Shown here piece after piece: positions 1 through 8,584 of a DNA stretch of 64,000 nucleotides. The notes beneath the pieces are model-generated. The model had not been told where the DNA came from. It ran no database searches and worked only from the letters and a program-made list of their open reading frames with translations. Location: IMG/VR virus record IMGVR_UViG_3300036399_001211; one strand, written 5' to 3'. The translations under genes and the position numbers were made by a program. The stretch comes from an uncultured virus (IMG/VR IMGVR_UViG_3300036399_001211) (taxonomy: Duplodnaviria > Heunggongvirae > Uroviricota > Caudoviricetes). Every line of letters begins with the position of its first letter. Positions within the stretch are counted from its first letter, which is position 1.

Positions 1-126
1 AAAAAGATAATCTAATATTTCTTCTTGTTTTTCTAAAGATATCTCAGAAAGGGGCTGATCATTTACATAAAAATTAAATGCGGTACAGCCGGTTACTTCT
101 TCAAATTTATATTTAGTTTTTTCCAT
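1..126 (-). CDS. hypothetical protein, 5' part (runs off the window start; MEKTKYKFEEVTGCTAF...)
   Basis: Manual translation: ATG at 126, 42 open codons to the edge, overlaps stop of the upstream ORF. Confidence 0.65.
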   Translation of the reverse strand, partial: MEKTKYKFEEVTGCTAFNFYVNDQPLSEISLEKQEEILDYLF

Positions 127-277
127 GATATTTAATAATTTCCTGTTCAACGATCAATTCTAGTTCTTTCATGTCTAATGATTCTTGCTTGTCAATATAG
201 TATCTAAAAGTCAGCATTGTTATTAGAACAAAAAGAAATACCAGAAATGTGGATATTTTAATTTTTAAGTTATCCAT
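113..277 (-). CDS. small membrane protein
   Basis: ORF 113..334; likely start MDNLKIK at 277 overlapping upstream stop; one hydrophobic segment. Confidence 0.55.
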   Translation of the reverse strand: MDNLKIKISTFLVFLFVLITMLTFRYYIDKQESLDMKELELIVEQEIIKYHGKN

Positions 278-722
278 TGAATTCTTCGTATTCTTTTGCT
301 CCCTCGGCGGCTTCTTTATAAAGCATTGGTCCAATTAAAACCAAGGGATCTTCTTTTGCTAGTGCATAAACATGTAAAACCGTTCCATAAAGTTTTCTAG
401 CTAATTTTTTTAGTTCATCATTTTGAACAAGAACTTCTGTTAATTTTATACGTAGCTCTACTGCGTTATTGTGTTCTTCTGTCCCATCTTCTCCAATTAT
501 TCTAAGTTGTTCTTCTAGCTTTTGATTAAGAATTCCAACTGGTTCGCAAGCATAACAACAACCCTGAAATCCTTCTAAGATATTTTCTTTTTGTTTTTTA
601 AGAAGTAATCTACCATATCTTTTAATAGCTTCAATCGTATAAGAATCCAATTTTTCTAAACACCCATCCGCAGAAAGACCACTTTCATAGAAAGCGTATT
701 CTTCAAGTTGTTCTTTATCCAT
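270..722 (-). CDS. hypothetical protein with CCxxC motif
   Basis: ORF 270..806; start moved to MDKEQ (722), which follows TTGACA-N16-TAATAT. Confidence 0.65.
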   Translation of the reverse strand: MDKEQLEEYAFYESGLSADGCLEKLDSYTIEAIKRYGRLLLKKQKENILEGFQGCCYACEPVGILNQKLEEQLRIIGEDGTEEHNNAVELRIKLTEVLVQNDELKKLARKLYGTVLHVYALAKEDPLVLIGPMLYKEAAEGAKEYEEFNG

Positions 723-759
723 ACTTCCAATATTAATATATTTTGCAACTATGTCAATA

Positions 760-1035
760 TCATTCTTCCCAAGACCAATTTTTATAATCCCAATGTCTGG
801 AATCATAAATTCTCAGACCTGCTTCAAATCCCAAAAAATTTAAATTTAAATTCAAGCCGCCATGGTCTTTTGCAATTGGACAAAAATCTAACTCAAATTG
901 AAAAATGCTGTATCCTGAGTAACACGTTTCAAATTCTACATTTTTGTATTTGGAAAGTTGTTTGTAAAAGGAAAAATACTTTTTAAATTTTTTTCTTGGT
1001 TTGCAAAAGTTTCTTATTGAAAAATTAAAATACAT
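760..1035 (-). CDS. hypothetical protein
   Basis: ORF in packed minus-strand array. Confidence 0.65.
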   Translation of the reverse strand: MYFNFSIRNFCKPRKKFKKYFSFYKQLSKYKNVEFETCYSGYSIFQFELDFCPIAKDHGGLNLNLNFLGFEAGLRIYDSRHWDYKNWSWEE

Positions 1036-1038
1036 AAA

Positions 1039-1425
1039 TTATTTTATAAATTCTGCAAGGTAAACGTCTCTATCTTCGTAACGAACTTTTACGGCTTCTC
1101 TGGCTATTTGTAATGGGTCATCTTTAAAAGCCCTGACCCTATAACTGCCCCAAAAATCGTAAGTCCATAGCTGGTTTTTTCCTTTTGGGTACATATAAGC
1201 AACTATAGCATGACCTTTTGCTTTTTTGGTTTTCGCGTCAATCCATTCGTATCTCAAAACCTCCGACCATACATCATATTTTCTCAAACCTTCCCTAAAC
1301 GCAATTGCTGTCGGAAGGCAGGCATTTTTTTGGTTTGCCATCCAAGCTTCTGTATTCTTTGGTGTGTTAGAGCAAGACATCAAGCTAGCTCCAATTAGTG
1401 CTAATAGTGTGTTTTTTATTTTCAT
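1039..1425 (-). CDS. putative lipoprotein with papain/transglutaminase-like Cys-His-Asp triad
   Basis: Signal peptide with lipobox LMSC; NAC...GHAIV...WTYD spacing. Confidence 0.5.
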   Translation of the reverse strand: MKIKNTLLALIGASLMSCSNTPKNTEAWMANQKNACLPTAIAFREGLRKYDVWSEVLRYEWIDAKTKKAKGHAIVAYMYPKGKNQLWTYDFWGSYRVRAFKDDPLQIAREAVKVRYEDRDVYLAEFIK

Positions 1426-1811
1426 AAGTTTCTTCTATTTTGGATTATAATCCGTTGCGTGTGTTCTGAAGAAGTTTCTGGATGATTCATTCTCCATGCT
1501 ATTACTTCTTTAGTTTTTTCGAAAATTTCAAAAGCATTTCTGATGTTAATGTTTTCCAGGCGCTGTACTAAAACCAATCTCTCAATATAGTTTTTAAATT
1601 GCACTTCTATCTTTCCTTCTACCAAAAGGGAGGTAAATATAGGATACATATTGGGACAGTGCAATCCTAAAAGCAAAACATATTCTTCAACCTTGCTCAT
1701 AAAGGTTTCAGTATGTTTCATTGTAAATCTGGACGATTGTTGTATTCCAAGTTCTGTGCATTTTTTTTCGCTAATTATTTCAATATCAGGTATTTCAAAA
1801 TTAATATTCAT
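1422..1811 (-). CDS. hypothetical protein
   Basis: ORF, ATGA overlap with next gene. Confidence 0.6.
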   Translation of the reverse strand: MNINFEIPDIEIISEKKCTELGIQQSSRFTMKHTETFMSKVEEYVLLLGLHCPNMYPIFTSLLVEGKIEVQFKNYIERLVLVQRLENINIRNAFEIFEKTKEVIAWRMNHPETSSEHTQRIIIQNRRNL

Positions 1812-1815
1812 ACGT

Positions 1816-2025
1816 TTAACGCGACAATAGAATTGCTTTTATCGCGGCCGGATCTTCTTTCTGGCAAATTTGATAATCACCATAATGCCATTCGGTATGT
1901 TGTTCGCACACTATTGTTTCTACAGCTTCTTCAGGGGTATCGTAATCTGCTTCATAACCATCTACAAGTATGAGTGTTTCTGGATCTAGTTTTTGTAATA
2001 CTTCAATTAGTTCTTTGGCTTTCAT
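1816..2025 (-). CDS. small phage hypothetical protein
   Basis: MKAKELIEVLQKLDP..V.VDGYE N-terminus common in phage proteins. Confidence 0.7.
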   Translation of the reverse strand: MKAKELIEVLQKLDPETLILVDGYEADYDTPEEAVETIVCEQHTEWHYGDYQICQKEDPAAIKAILLSR

Positions 2026-3091
2026 AATTTTGATTTATAATTTTTATCCACTGTTCTTTGGTTATTATCTTACCATCTAAGACGGAAAATACAAATGAAG
2101 AATTTTCTTTAAAATTTCTTTTGATCATTAGTGCCTGTTCTTTTCTGGTTTCTACTGTTCTTATATCATGCACTACTTCAAGGATGTGGTCAATATATTT
2201 TTTTGATTTTTCTCCGGCTTCGCAAATTTTTTTGATCTCATCTTTTAATTGAAAAGCAATTTCATAATCAAAATCAGTTTCAATTATTTTATAAAAATCT
2301 TCTGCGGAGGGCATTTCTTTTTCTATATAAAATTCAATAAGGTTTTTAGTAGAATTTAATTGTGATTTAATCTTGTGCAGAAGAAGATAACGATCAGATT
2401 TGGTTTTCTTGAGTACCTGTCCGTTATTGCCATAAATGACAATCCCTTCTCCTTTCTTCCATTGATTGACAGATTCAATCATTGAGGATAGTGAATTAAA
2501 GTGATATCGAAGTGGTCTTTCTAATTTCCATTCCGAGGCAAAACTATCTAATTGTTTTTGAGGTAGATAAGAATAGTCTTCATGCTTTATTACTCCAGTA
2601 AGCCAAAGAGTTGGTTCTTCTGCTTCTCTTTCAACTATAACATTTCTTGGTGAATACCATTCGCAAACAATTGAATATTGCTCGCTATTCAAAAGGCTAT
2701 TATCAAAAACCAAAGGATATTTTTGTTTTAAAAAAGGAATCTCGTCGCCATTATCCAAAATAGTTGCATCGTGTGTTCCTCTTGTTCTAACAATTAGCTC
2801 TCTTTTAAACTTTGAAACAATCAGAGTTGATCCATCTAACTTGTGGATAAATTCAATGTCGGAGTCGATATCAAGCGGTTCAAATTCTGGTTGTTCACCA
2901 AGATTTGTAAATTTTTTAAATGATCCGCTGACAAGCTCTCCGTTATTTGTCCAAATAGATGAGCGAAATATTTTATTTTGCTCGTTCCATTTGACGTCAA
3001 TTTTAAAAGGGAAAACTAATTTGCAAGCGGTATTTGCAATAACGCAATCTCTAATGCAAAATTCCTCTTTTGTAGGAAGACTAACCTTCAT
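2003..3091 (-). CDS. RNA ligase, T4 Rnl1 (RnlA)-like
   Basis: Nucleotidyltransferase motifs KFTNLGE, KLDGSTLI (I), CEWYSP (III), EGIVIY (IV), KKTK (V). Confidence 0.8.
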   Translation of the reverse strand: MKVSLPTKEEFCIRDCVIANTACKLVFPFKIDVKWNEQNKIFRSSIWTNNGELVSGSFKKFTNLGEQPEFEPLDIDSDIEFIHKLDGSTLIVSKFKRELIVRTRGTHDATILDNGDEIPFLKQKYPLVFDNSLLNSEQYSIVCEWYSPRNVIVEREAEEPTLWLTGVIKHEDYSYLPQKQLDSFASEWKLERPLRYHFNSLSSMIESVNQWKKGEGIVIYGNNGQVLKKTKSDRYLLLHKIKSQLNSTKNLIEFYIEKEMPSAEDFYKIIETDFDYEIAFQLKDEIKKICEAGEKSKKYIDHILEVVHDIRTVETRKEQALMIKRNFKENSSFVFSVLDGKIITKEQWIKIINQNYESQRTN

Positions 3092-3097
3092 CTAATA

Positions 3098-3126
3098 ATA
3101 CTATACTACTTTGCAAAAAACATCAA
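3098..3126 (-). promoter_or_regulatory. sigma70-type promoter TTGATG-N17-TAGTAT, 6 nt before the RNA ligase ATG
   Basis: Read directly on the minus strand. Confidence 0.55.
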
Positions 3127-3184
3127 CCAAAAATAACAAATTGATGCTAGAAAAAATATTGCTACTGCTAAGGCCTTTTTTGTT

Positions 3185-3391
3185 CTATTTTTCATCGTTT
3201 TTATATTTTCTCCAGTCGCTTCTGTGTTTTAAAATCCAATCGATTAGAGCAGCGCTATACCCAATATCATATCCCTTTTTTTCGCTCTCTAGCCATTTAT
3301 GCTTTAAAATTTCCTCTTTTTCTTCTAAGAATTCTTTATATAAAGAAGAATTATAGAATGAAAATTCTGTAGTTGTAACTGCTTCCTCCAT
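3185..3391 (-). CDS. small DUF4032-like protein
   Basis: EEILKHKWLESEKKGYDIG...ALIDW motif; start MEEAV preceded by TAAGTA. Confidence 0.65.
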   Translation of the reverse strand: MEEAVTTTEFSFYNSSLYKEFLEEKEEILKHKWLESEKKGYDIGYSAALIDWILKHRSDWRKYKNDEK

Positions 3392-3407
3392 TATGTTACT
3401 TATTCTT

Positions 3408-4115
3408 TTAAGAATCATAAGAAGAATTCTCCCAAATTTCATTAATATCCAAAAGTTTATGCACACAGCCATTTACTCTTTCAGTCCAAGAACTATGAAA
3501 GTGTCCGTATAGATGAGTTCTTGGTTTACAAAGTTTACAAATTTCATCCATAATTGCTCGTTCTTCGGTTAGATCTTCTAACAAATAAGCATCTTCATTC
3601 GCCCAACCATATACCGTTTCATTAAACTGTTGTGGAAAGCACCAAGATGGAGCAGTATGGGTTACAAGAATATCTACTTCTTTGCATTTTTCCCTATCAA
3701 ATTTAACTATTTCATCTTCCCAATAAGAGCGTCCTTCGGTTCTAGATGTTCTATCAATAGAAACAGCACCACCAATGAATTGAATTTTTTTATCGCCATA
3801 TTCCACCAAGGTATAATCTTCTATTAGTTCAAAATTACTTAATGAAACTCTGTTAAGTCCTTGATAATAAATAGGATCATCATGATTACCTCTAATGGCC
3901 ATAAAGATAATATTTCGTTCTTTAAATTCTTCATTAATCCAATTATTATTTCTTTCTTGATTTTCCTTATCGGTAAATCCAATACCCGAATCTCCAACGC
4001 TAATTAAATAACAATCACTTATTTTTTTAGCATCTATAATATCAAGAAGATATGACCATTCTCCATGATGATCTCCTAAGAATAAAATCGGTTTGTCTTT
4101 GTTTAATGTTTTCAT
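3408..4115 (-). CDS. calcineurin-like metallophosphoesterase
   Basis: GDHHG, GD, RGNHD, HTAP, GHFH motifs; likely start MKTLNK (4115). Confidence 0.9.
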   Translation of the reverse strand: MKTLNKDKPILFLGDHHGEWSYLLDIIDAKKISDCYLISVGDSGIGFTDKENQERNNNWINEEFKERNIIFMAIRGNHDDPIYYQGLNRVSLSNFELIEDYTLVEYGDKKIQFIGGAVSIDRTSRTEGRSYWEDEIVKFDREKCKEVDILVTHTAPSWCFPQQFNETVYGWANEDAYLLEDLTEERAIMDEICKLCKPRTHLYGHFHSSWTERVNGCVHKLLDINEIWENSSYDS

Positions 4116-4116
4116 A

Positions 4117-4428
4117 TTACCATCCATTTTCTCCACGGGCCTCTTCTTGGTCTTTCTTTTCTTGTTTTATGTATCCTATCAACATGTCTTTCAATCCAAC
4201 AAGCGCCTCTTCATATGAACTGTATTCTTTTTCAAGATAATCTAGAATATACCCCCAATGTCGAACTGTATATGTTGGAGGATGGCCGTAACTCCATTTT
4301 GTCTCTACATACCAATGACAATCTTTATCTTTGTGGTGTCCAGGTCCAATTAAAAAATACCACTCTTTTGTTAATTCTGTAATTTCTTTGATAATGTTTT
4401 CCATAATCAATTTAAAAATAATTCCCAA
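4117..4428 (-). CDS. hypothetical protein (true start probably internal MENII)
   Basis: ORF in array. Confidence 0.65.
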   Translation of the reverse strand: MGIIFKLIMENIIKEITELTKEWYFLIGPGHHKDKDCHWYVETKWSYGHPPTYTVRHWGYILDYLEKEYSSYEEALVGLKDMLIGYIKQEKKDQEEARGENGW

Positions 4429-4988
4429 TCTTTCACTTCTTCTTTATTTCTAATATAAAAAGAAACTGGCATAATTCTTGGGGCAGATGGTTTTTTAAGT
4501 AATTTTAATCCTGCTTGTTCCGGTGTTCTATCAGCTTTTAATGCATTTATTTCTTTATGAGCAATTACACAATTTTCCCAAGATGTCTTTCCTCCTTGAG
4601 ATTTTGGAATTACGTGATCTATATTGCCATTTGTTCTTGTTACTTTTTTACCTGTATATTGACAAGTAAAATTATCTCTTTCCCATAAACTTTTCTGTGT
4701 AAATTTTATAGTTTGTTTTGGAATTTTATCATAGTAATTCAAAACTATAACGGTAGGTATTTTAATAAATCCTGTTACGGTTTTTATCTTCCTATCTGTT
4801 TCATTAAGATTTAAACTAACCCATTCATTCCACTCCAATGGAACTACTTTATCTTCTTCTATCATTATTCCTTTTGCGTTTTCAGAATACATTAAAGCAA
4901 AAGAATGTCTAGCTGTAGTCGTGTTAATCGGTATCCAATGCTTGTTTAAAATTAAAACATTATGTCTATCTATAAATTTCATCATCAA
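4407..4988 (-). CDS. HNH endonuclease
   Basis: RDNFTCQYTG...NIDHVIPKSQGGKTSWENCV...N..KADRTPEQAG. Confidence 0.9.
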   Translation of the reverse strand: MMMKFIDRHNVLILNKHWIPINTTTARHSFALMYSENAKGIMIEEDKVVPLEWNEWVSLNLNETDRKIKTVTGFIKIPTVIVLNYYDKIPKQTIKFTQKSLWERDNFTCQYTGKKVTRTNGNIDHVIPKSQGGKTSWENCVIAHKEINALKADRTPEQAGLKLLKKPSAPRIMPVSFYIRNKEEVKDWELFLN

Positions 4989-5632
4989 TCCATTTTATAT
5001 GGTTCTTTAACAATTACATAATATGTTCCTGCAACTTCTTGTACACTAGAACTAGATCCTTTCGGTAGGTTATTCTTAAATGCCTTGTCAACTATCTCCC
5101 AAACTAAAGTAAAGTCTTTATTTTTGATTGCTTTATCCACCCGATCTTGATATCTTTGTGGAATTCTAAATTCTTTTTGTGGTTTCCAATATGCGAATTC
5201 CGACAACACGCGAGAAGGTTCTATGATTTTTGGCATAGGTACTTCGGAACTTTGAAATGCTCCGTTTCCAGAAACATCGCAAATTTGTCTATATCCATCA
5301 TTTCTTTGGTAGTGTAGATATTGTTCAATAGTCTTTTTGATTTCCCATGCTACAGTTCCATCTTTCATTTTTTCGCAACCAATACCATAATAACAATTGC
5401 GATTTTCCATTAGTTCTTCTTCTTTATGGAAAACAATAGTTCTTACCATGCTTTCAAGGACTTCTCCATCTTGATATGTTAGATCCTTATCCCAAAATGC
5501 GGTATCCATTGCGATTTTGATTTGACCGGAACGAAGACGAGAATAGACTTCTAATGCTGTTGCAAGAGTACCAAGATGTCTTTCATCAAACTCTATGGAT
5601 ACTTTTTTAGATGGTTTAGTTTTCTTTTTCAT
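4985..5632 (-). CDS. hypothetical protein
   Basis: 215-aa ORF with overlapping start/stop junctions. Confidence 0.75.
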   Translation of the reverse strand: MKKKTKPSKKVSIEFDERHLGTLATALEVYSRLRSGQIKIAMDTAFWDKDLTYQDGEVLESMVRTIVFHKEEELMENRNCYYGIGCEKMKDGTVAWEIKKTIEQYLHYQRNDGYRQICDVSGNGAFQSSEVPMPKIIEPSRVLSEFAYWKPQKEFRIPQRYQDRVDKAIKNKDFTLVWEIVDKAFKNNLPKGSSSSVQEVAGTYYVIVKEPYKMD

Positions 5633-5889
5633 TTTTCAATCGGGCTAAAATAAATTTTAGGATCTCTTTTAATGTATCGATTATCGGTATCAATGTCAAT
5701 AGTAACATACCAAGATCTACTACCGACTTTTGCAATTTTCTTATTAAGATGTTCAGATTTAGTGAGAATATTCATATATTCTTTATATGTTTTATCCTTT
5801 AACTCGCTTGCTTTTTCGTATGCTTTTTTAACCTTGAAAATTTGGTTAAAAGACACTGGTTTTTCTTTTTTAATTTTAGAATTTTTCAT
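5629..5889 (-). CDS. hypothetical basic protein
   Basis: ORF 5629..6003; likely start MKNSK (5889) just after the upstream stop. Confidence 0.6.
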   Translation of the reverse strand: MKNSKIKKEKPVSFNQIFKVKKAYEKASELKDKTYKEYMNILTKSEHLNKKIAKVGSRSWYVTIDIDTDNRYIKRDPKIYFSPIEK

Positions 5890-5890
5890 T

Positions 5891-6244
5891 TTAGTTATCG
5901 TTGCTACTACAATTAACATCAAATCCACCAGTCCTACGATATGCTGGATTTTCTTCTCCCAATTCAAACCAAGTATTAGAACCCTTTTCGGCAGAATTTC
6001 CAAACTCTGTTAACTCGATATTTTCTCCGAGTTTTTTTAAATTTTCTTGTACATCATAATCTAATTCTTCTGATGGTTCTGAATATTCCAGATTCAACCC
6101 TTCAATATATTTTAAAAACTCTTGTTGACTGTCTCCGGTATATGGATTTTCTTCCAAATCGCGGAAATCATTTGGGTCTAATTCAACTACTTCACTTGCG
6201 AGGTATAATGTTACGTTTTCTCTTTTGCGGATTTTGTATGTCAT
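5891..6244 (-). CDS. hypothetical acidic protein
   Basis: ORF directly behind a sigma70-type promoter. Confidence 0.75.
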   Translation of the reverse strand: MTYKIRKRENVTLYLASEVVELDPNDFRDLEENPYTGDSQQEFLKYIEGLNLEYSEPSEELDYDVQENLKKLGENIELTEFGNSAEKGSNTWFELGEENPAYRRTGGFDVNCSSNDN

Positions 6245-6255
6245 AATTTTTATAT

Positions 6256-6284
6256 ATAGTAATGTAAAAATAATAAAATGTCAA
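6256..6284 (-). promoter_or_regulatory. sigma70-type promoter TTGACA-N17-TACTAT
   Basis: Read directly in intergenic gap. Confidence 0.7.
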
Positions 6285-6287
6285 CAA

Positions 6288-6635
6288 TTATTTGTAGTAT
6301 GAATCTTCTCCAAAATTTTCATCCAGATCAACTCTATCCTTTAACCATGCTGCCAATGCCCAATGGTAATATGTGTAATTTGGATCTCCTTCATAATGAA
6401 AGAAAGTATGACCAAGATCATATTGAATCTGCATTAGAATCTTATTTTTAATTCCTTTTGGTGCTCTACTTTCCAACATCCAAGAATCCAGAAACACTTT
6501 ACAATCCATTCCAAAATCCCATTCAAAATGAGCTATTTTATTTTTTCTATCTACAAAATATAAATCGATATAAATTGGTTCTTTACATTTTATTATTCCA
6601 AGTTCATATATTGTGTCTGGTAATTTAATTTTCAT
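6288..6635 (-). CDS. hypothetical protein
   Basis: ORF in array. Confidence 0.7.
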   Translation of the reverse strand: MKIKLPDTIYELGIIKCKEPIYIDLYFVDRKNKIAHFEWDFGMDCKVFLDSWMLESRAPKGIKNKILMQIQYDLGHTFFHYEGDPNYTYYHWALAAWLKDRVDLDENFGEDSYYK

Positions 6636-6825
6636 TTGATGATATATCGAAAGTTGCGTTTTTATATAATTTTAATTGATCAGATCTAAAATGCAATATG
6701 TTTCCACCCTTTTCCATAACAACAGTCCAAATATCATTTTCAAATGTTCCTCCATGCGAAACATATATGGCATAGCCACCACCAATAGGGGTTATCACAG
6801 GAATTGGATTTTTAAATTCTAACAT
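6625..6825 (-). CDS. small phage hypothetical protein
   Basis: ORF overlapping both neighbours. Confidence 0.7.
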   Translation of the reverse strand: MLEFKNPIPVITPIGGGYAIYVSHGGTFENDIWTVVMEKGGNILHFRSDQLKLYKNATFDISSNEN

Positions 6826-7072
6826 TTTCTAAAAATATTGGTGTGTTTTCTCCTACCCATGCGCCTTCCACATTATATTGAAAATATTCTTCGGCTTCTT
6901 CTTCTGACATATCTTCTTGTAAAATATCAATACATTTAGATCTATTGTATACAGCAATAGGTCTACCAAATTGTCTACCAATACCAACAAATGCATCATC
7001 AAAACCATCTGCTAATAATACATTTTCATCTTCGCCTAATATATCTATAATTTTTTCTTTTAGTGTTTTCAT
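6812..7072 (-). CDS. conserved phage hypothetical protein
   Basis: ADGFDDAFVG...EEAEEYFQYNVEGAWVGENTPIF, a motif widespread in phages. Confidence 0.8.
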   Translation of the reverse strand: MKTLKEKIIDILGEDENVLLADGFDDAFVGIGRQFGRPIAVYNRSKCIDILQEDMSEEEAEEYFQYNVEGAWVGENTPIFLENVRI

Positions 7073-7176
7073 TTTATTAAAACTTCTAATATTCTATATG
7101 TTCCATATAAAGTGGAATACATAGTTGCTATTATTATAGCAACCCAACAACAAATATCAAACCAATTCTTTTTCAT
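7069..7176 (-). CDS. 35-aa single-pass membrane peptide (MKKNWFDICCWVAIIIATMY...)
   Basis: Manual translation; fills the gap and ends in ATGA overlap with next start; below the ORF-track cutoff. Confidence 0.55.
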   Translation of the reverse strand: MKKNWFDICCWVAIIIATMYSTLYGTYRILEVLIK

Positions 7177-7465
7177 CTGTATATACTAAAAAATCTAAAA
7201 TATTAAATTTTTCCTTTAACATTTCATCCACTTCGTCCAATATACTATTATCATTAGAAATATCAGAAAAAGATAAATCGTTTATTTTTTGTTTAATTTC
7301 ATTATCAATTTCTATCATTCTTGACAATTCTTTTAAAAATTCTTTTTGTTCGGATTTTCCTTTATAGTTGTCTAATACAAGATTGCACAATTTTTTAGAC
7401 TCTTCGACGGCTCTTTCGCAATAATCTATTAATTCTTGCGAAATAATTTTTTCATCTTTTTTCAT
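7157..7465 (-). CDS. hypothetical protein
   Basis: ORF behind TTGCAT-N17-TAAAAT (7475..7503). Confidence 0.7.
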   Translation of the reverse strand: MKKDEKIISQELIDYCERAVEESKKLCNLVLDNYKGKSEQKEFLKELSRMIEIDNEIKQKINDLSFSDISNDNSILDEVDEMLKEKFNILDFLVYTDEKELV

Positions 7466-7513
7466 CGCATAATAATTTTAACATATTTAAAATTGTTATG
7501 CAATATATTTTTT

Positions 7514-8113
7514 TTAAAGTATTCCTTTTATTCTAAGATAGGTTGCTCCACCGATTGATGCTAGTAAAACAATAATTATAATATTTCTATGCAAAATAGC
7601 CAAATCTTTTTCTATTAACTTTTTTTGCATTATATTCAAATCTCTTATCATTTTATCATTATATTCCATTTGACGAATCAATTCCTGATCAATCAATTTT
7701 TTAGTTTCAACCAAAGAATAATTGTCTCTTTCTATTTGTTCATAGGTTTCTTTATCTTTTAAAAGTTGTTGATATTCTTGGGAACTAACAACTACTACTG
7801 TATCGGTTTTATATTTCTCTGGAATAATTAAAACTCTTTGTTTATTGATAACAGTGGGTTTAACTTTACTTTGACTTGATATTGTATCTATATTTTTTTT
7901 ATAAACTGGTTTAATATCTATTCTTTGCTTTGGGGGTTTTACTATTCTGGTTGATTCGTTAGCATAGGTATCGGCTAAGTCTAGTCTTGCGTTGTCTAGA
8001 GAGTCTTTGGTAGCATAAACCGAACGAGATAATGCTTCGGATTGTTTTTCGGTATATACTGTACAACTATTTAAAAACAATAAAATAAAACAAAATAAAA
8101 ATAACTTTTTCAT
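7514..8113 (-). CDS. lipoprotein with C-terminal TM helix; candidate unimolecular spanin
   Basis: Lipobox LNSC at residue 17, coiled-coil-like middle, C-terminal IIIIVLLASIGGATYL; TAAGTA 6 nt upstream. Confidence 0.55.
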   Translation of the reverse strand: MKKLFLFCFILLFLNSCTVYTEKQSEALSRSVYATKDSLDNARLDLADTYANESTRIVKPPKQRIDIKPVYKKNIDTISSQSKVKPTVINKQRVLIIPEKYKTDTVVVVSSQEYQQLLKDKETYEQIERDNYSLVETKKLIDQELIRQMEYNDKMIRDLNIMQKKLIEKDLAILHRNIIIIVLLASIGGATYLRIKGIL

Positions 8114-8141
8114 ATGATGTACTTATCTTTTTTTTAAATAA

Positions 8142-8226
8142 AAGAGGGTGTGAGATTCGAACTCACGGAACATTTCTGTTCACAAAGGTTCAAGCTTTGC
8201 ACGTTAAACCGCTCCGTCAACCCTCC
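8142..8226 (-). tRNA. tRNA-Ser(TGA), long variable arm, CCA not encoded
   Basis: GGAGGGT/ACCCTCT acceptor, CAAAG-CTTGAAC-CTTTG anticodon arm, GTGAG-TTCGAAT-CTCAC T arm. Confidence 0.85.
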
Positions 8227-8264
8227 ATATATACTTACCTTTATCTATTCTTTAGGAGGATAAA

Positions 8265-8339
8265 TGGCATCTCTAATCGAATTTGAATCGATACTAATAC
8301 CGTGAAAGGGTACTGTGCTAACCGTTACACTATAGAGAC
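8265..8339 (-). tRNA. tRNA-Glu(TTC)
   Basis: GTCTCTA/TAGAGAT acceptor, GTACC-CTTTCAC-GGTAT anticodon arm, G73 plus CCA. Confidence 0.9.
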
Positions 8340-8342
8340 TTA

Positions 8343-8446
8343 TGGAGCCTGAGATCGAATTCGAATCGATGACCGACGGTTTACGCGAATCGTCCGAATT
8401 TCTGACAACTCGCAAAACCGTTGCTCTACCACTGAGCTACACAGGC
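8343..8446 (-). tRNA. tRNA, probably Thr (TGT or CGT), with 29-nt hairpin insertion in the anticodon loop
   Basis: GCCTGTG/CTCAGGC acceptor, T73+CCA, D arm GCTC-AGTGGTA-GAGC, ACGGT/ACCGT stem closing a 36-nt loop. Confidence 0.85.
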
Positions 8447-8455
8447 ATTTAAAAA

Positions 8456-8540
8456 TGGTGGGTTATCTAGGTAACGATCCTAGCCATGCAATGCAACTTC
8501 TTTTACAGAGAAGCCTGTGTCCTTAACAGTATACTAACCC
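8456..8540 (-). tRNA. tRNA-Tyr(GTA), atypical D and T arms
   Basis: GGGTTA/TAACCC acceptor, CTTCT-CTGTAAA-AGAAG, long variable region, A73+CCA, T loop ATCGTTA. Confidence 0.8.
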
Positions 8541-8584
8541 ATATATTTAATTTACCATATTAAGTAAATAATTCAAGTTAAATA

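Noticed and set aside
8343..8446. tRNA-Ala(TGC) with canonical 37/38 intron
   Set aside because: Lacks G3-U70 and A73; acceptor features fit Thr. Not fully excluded without RNA data
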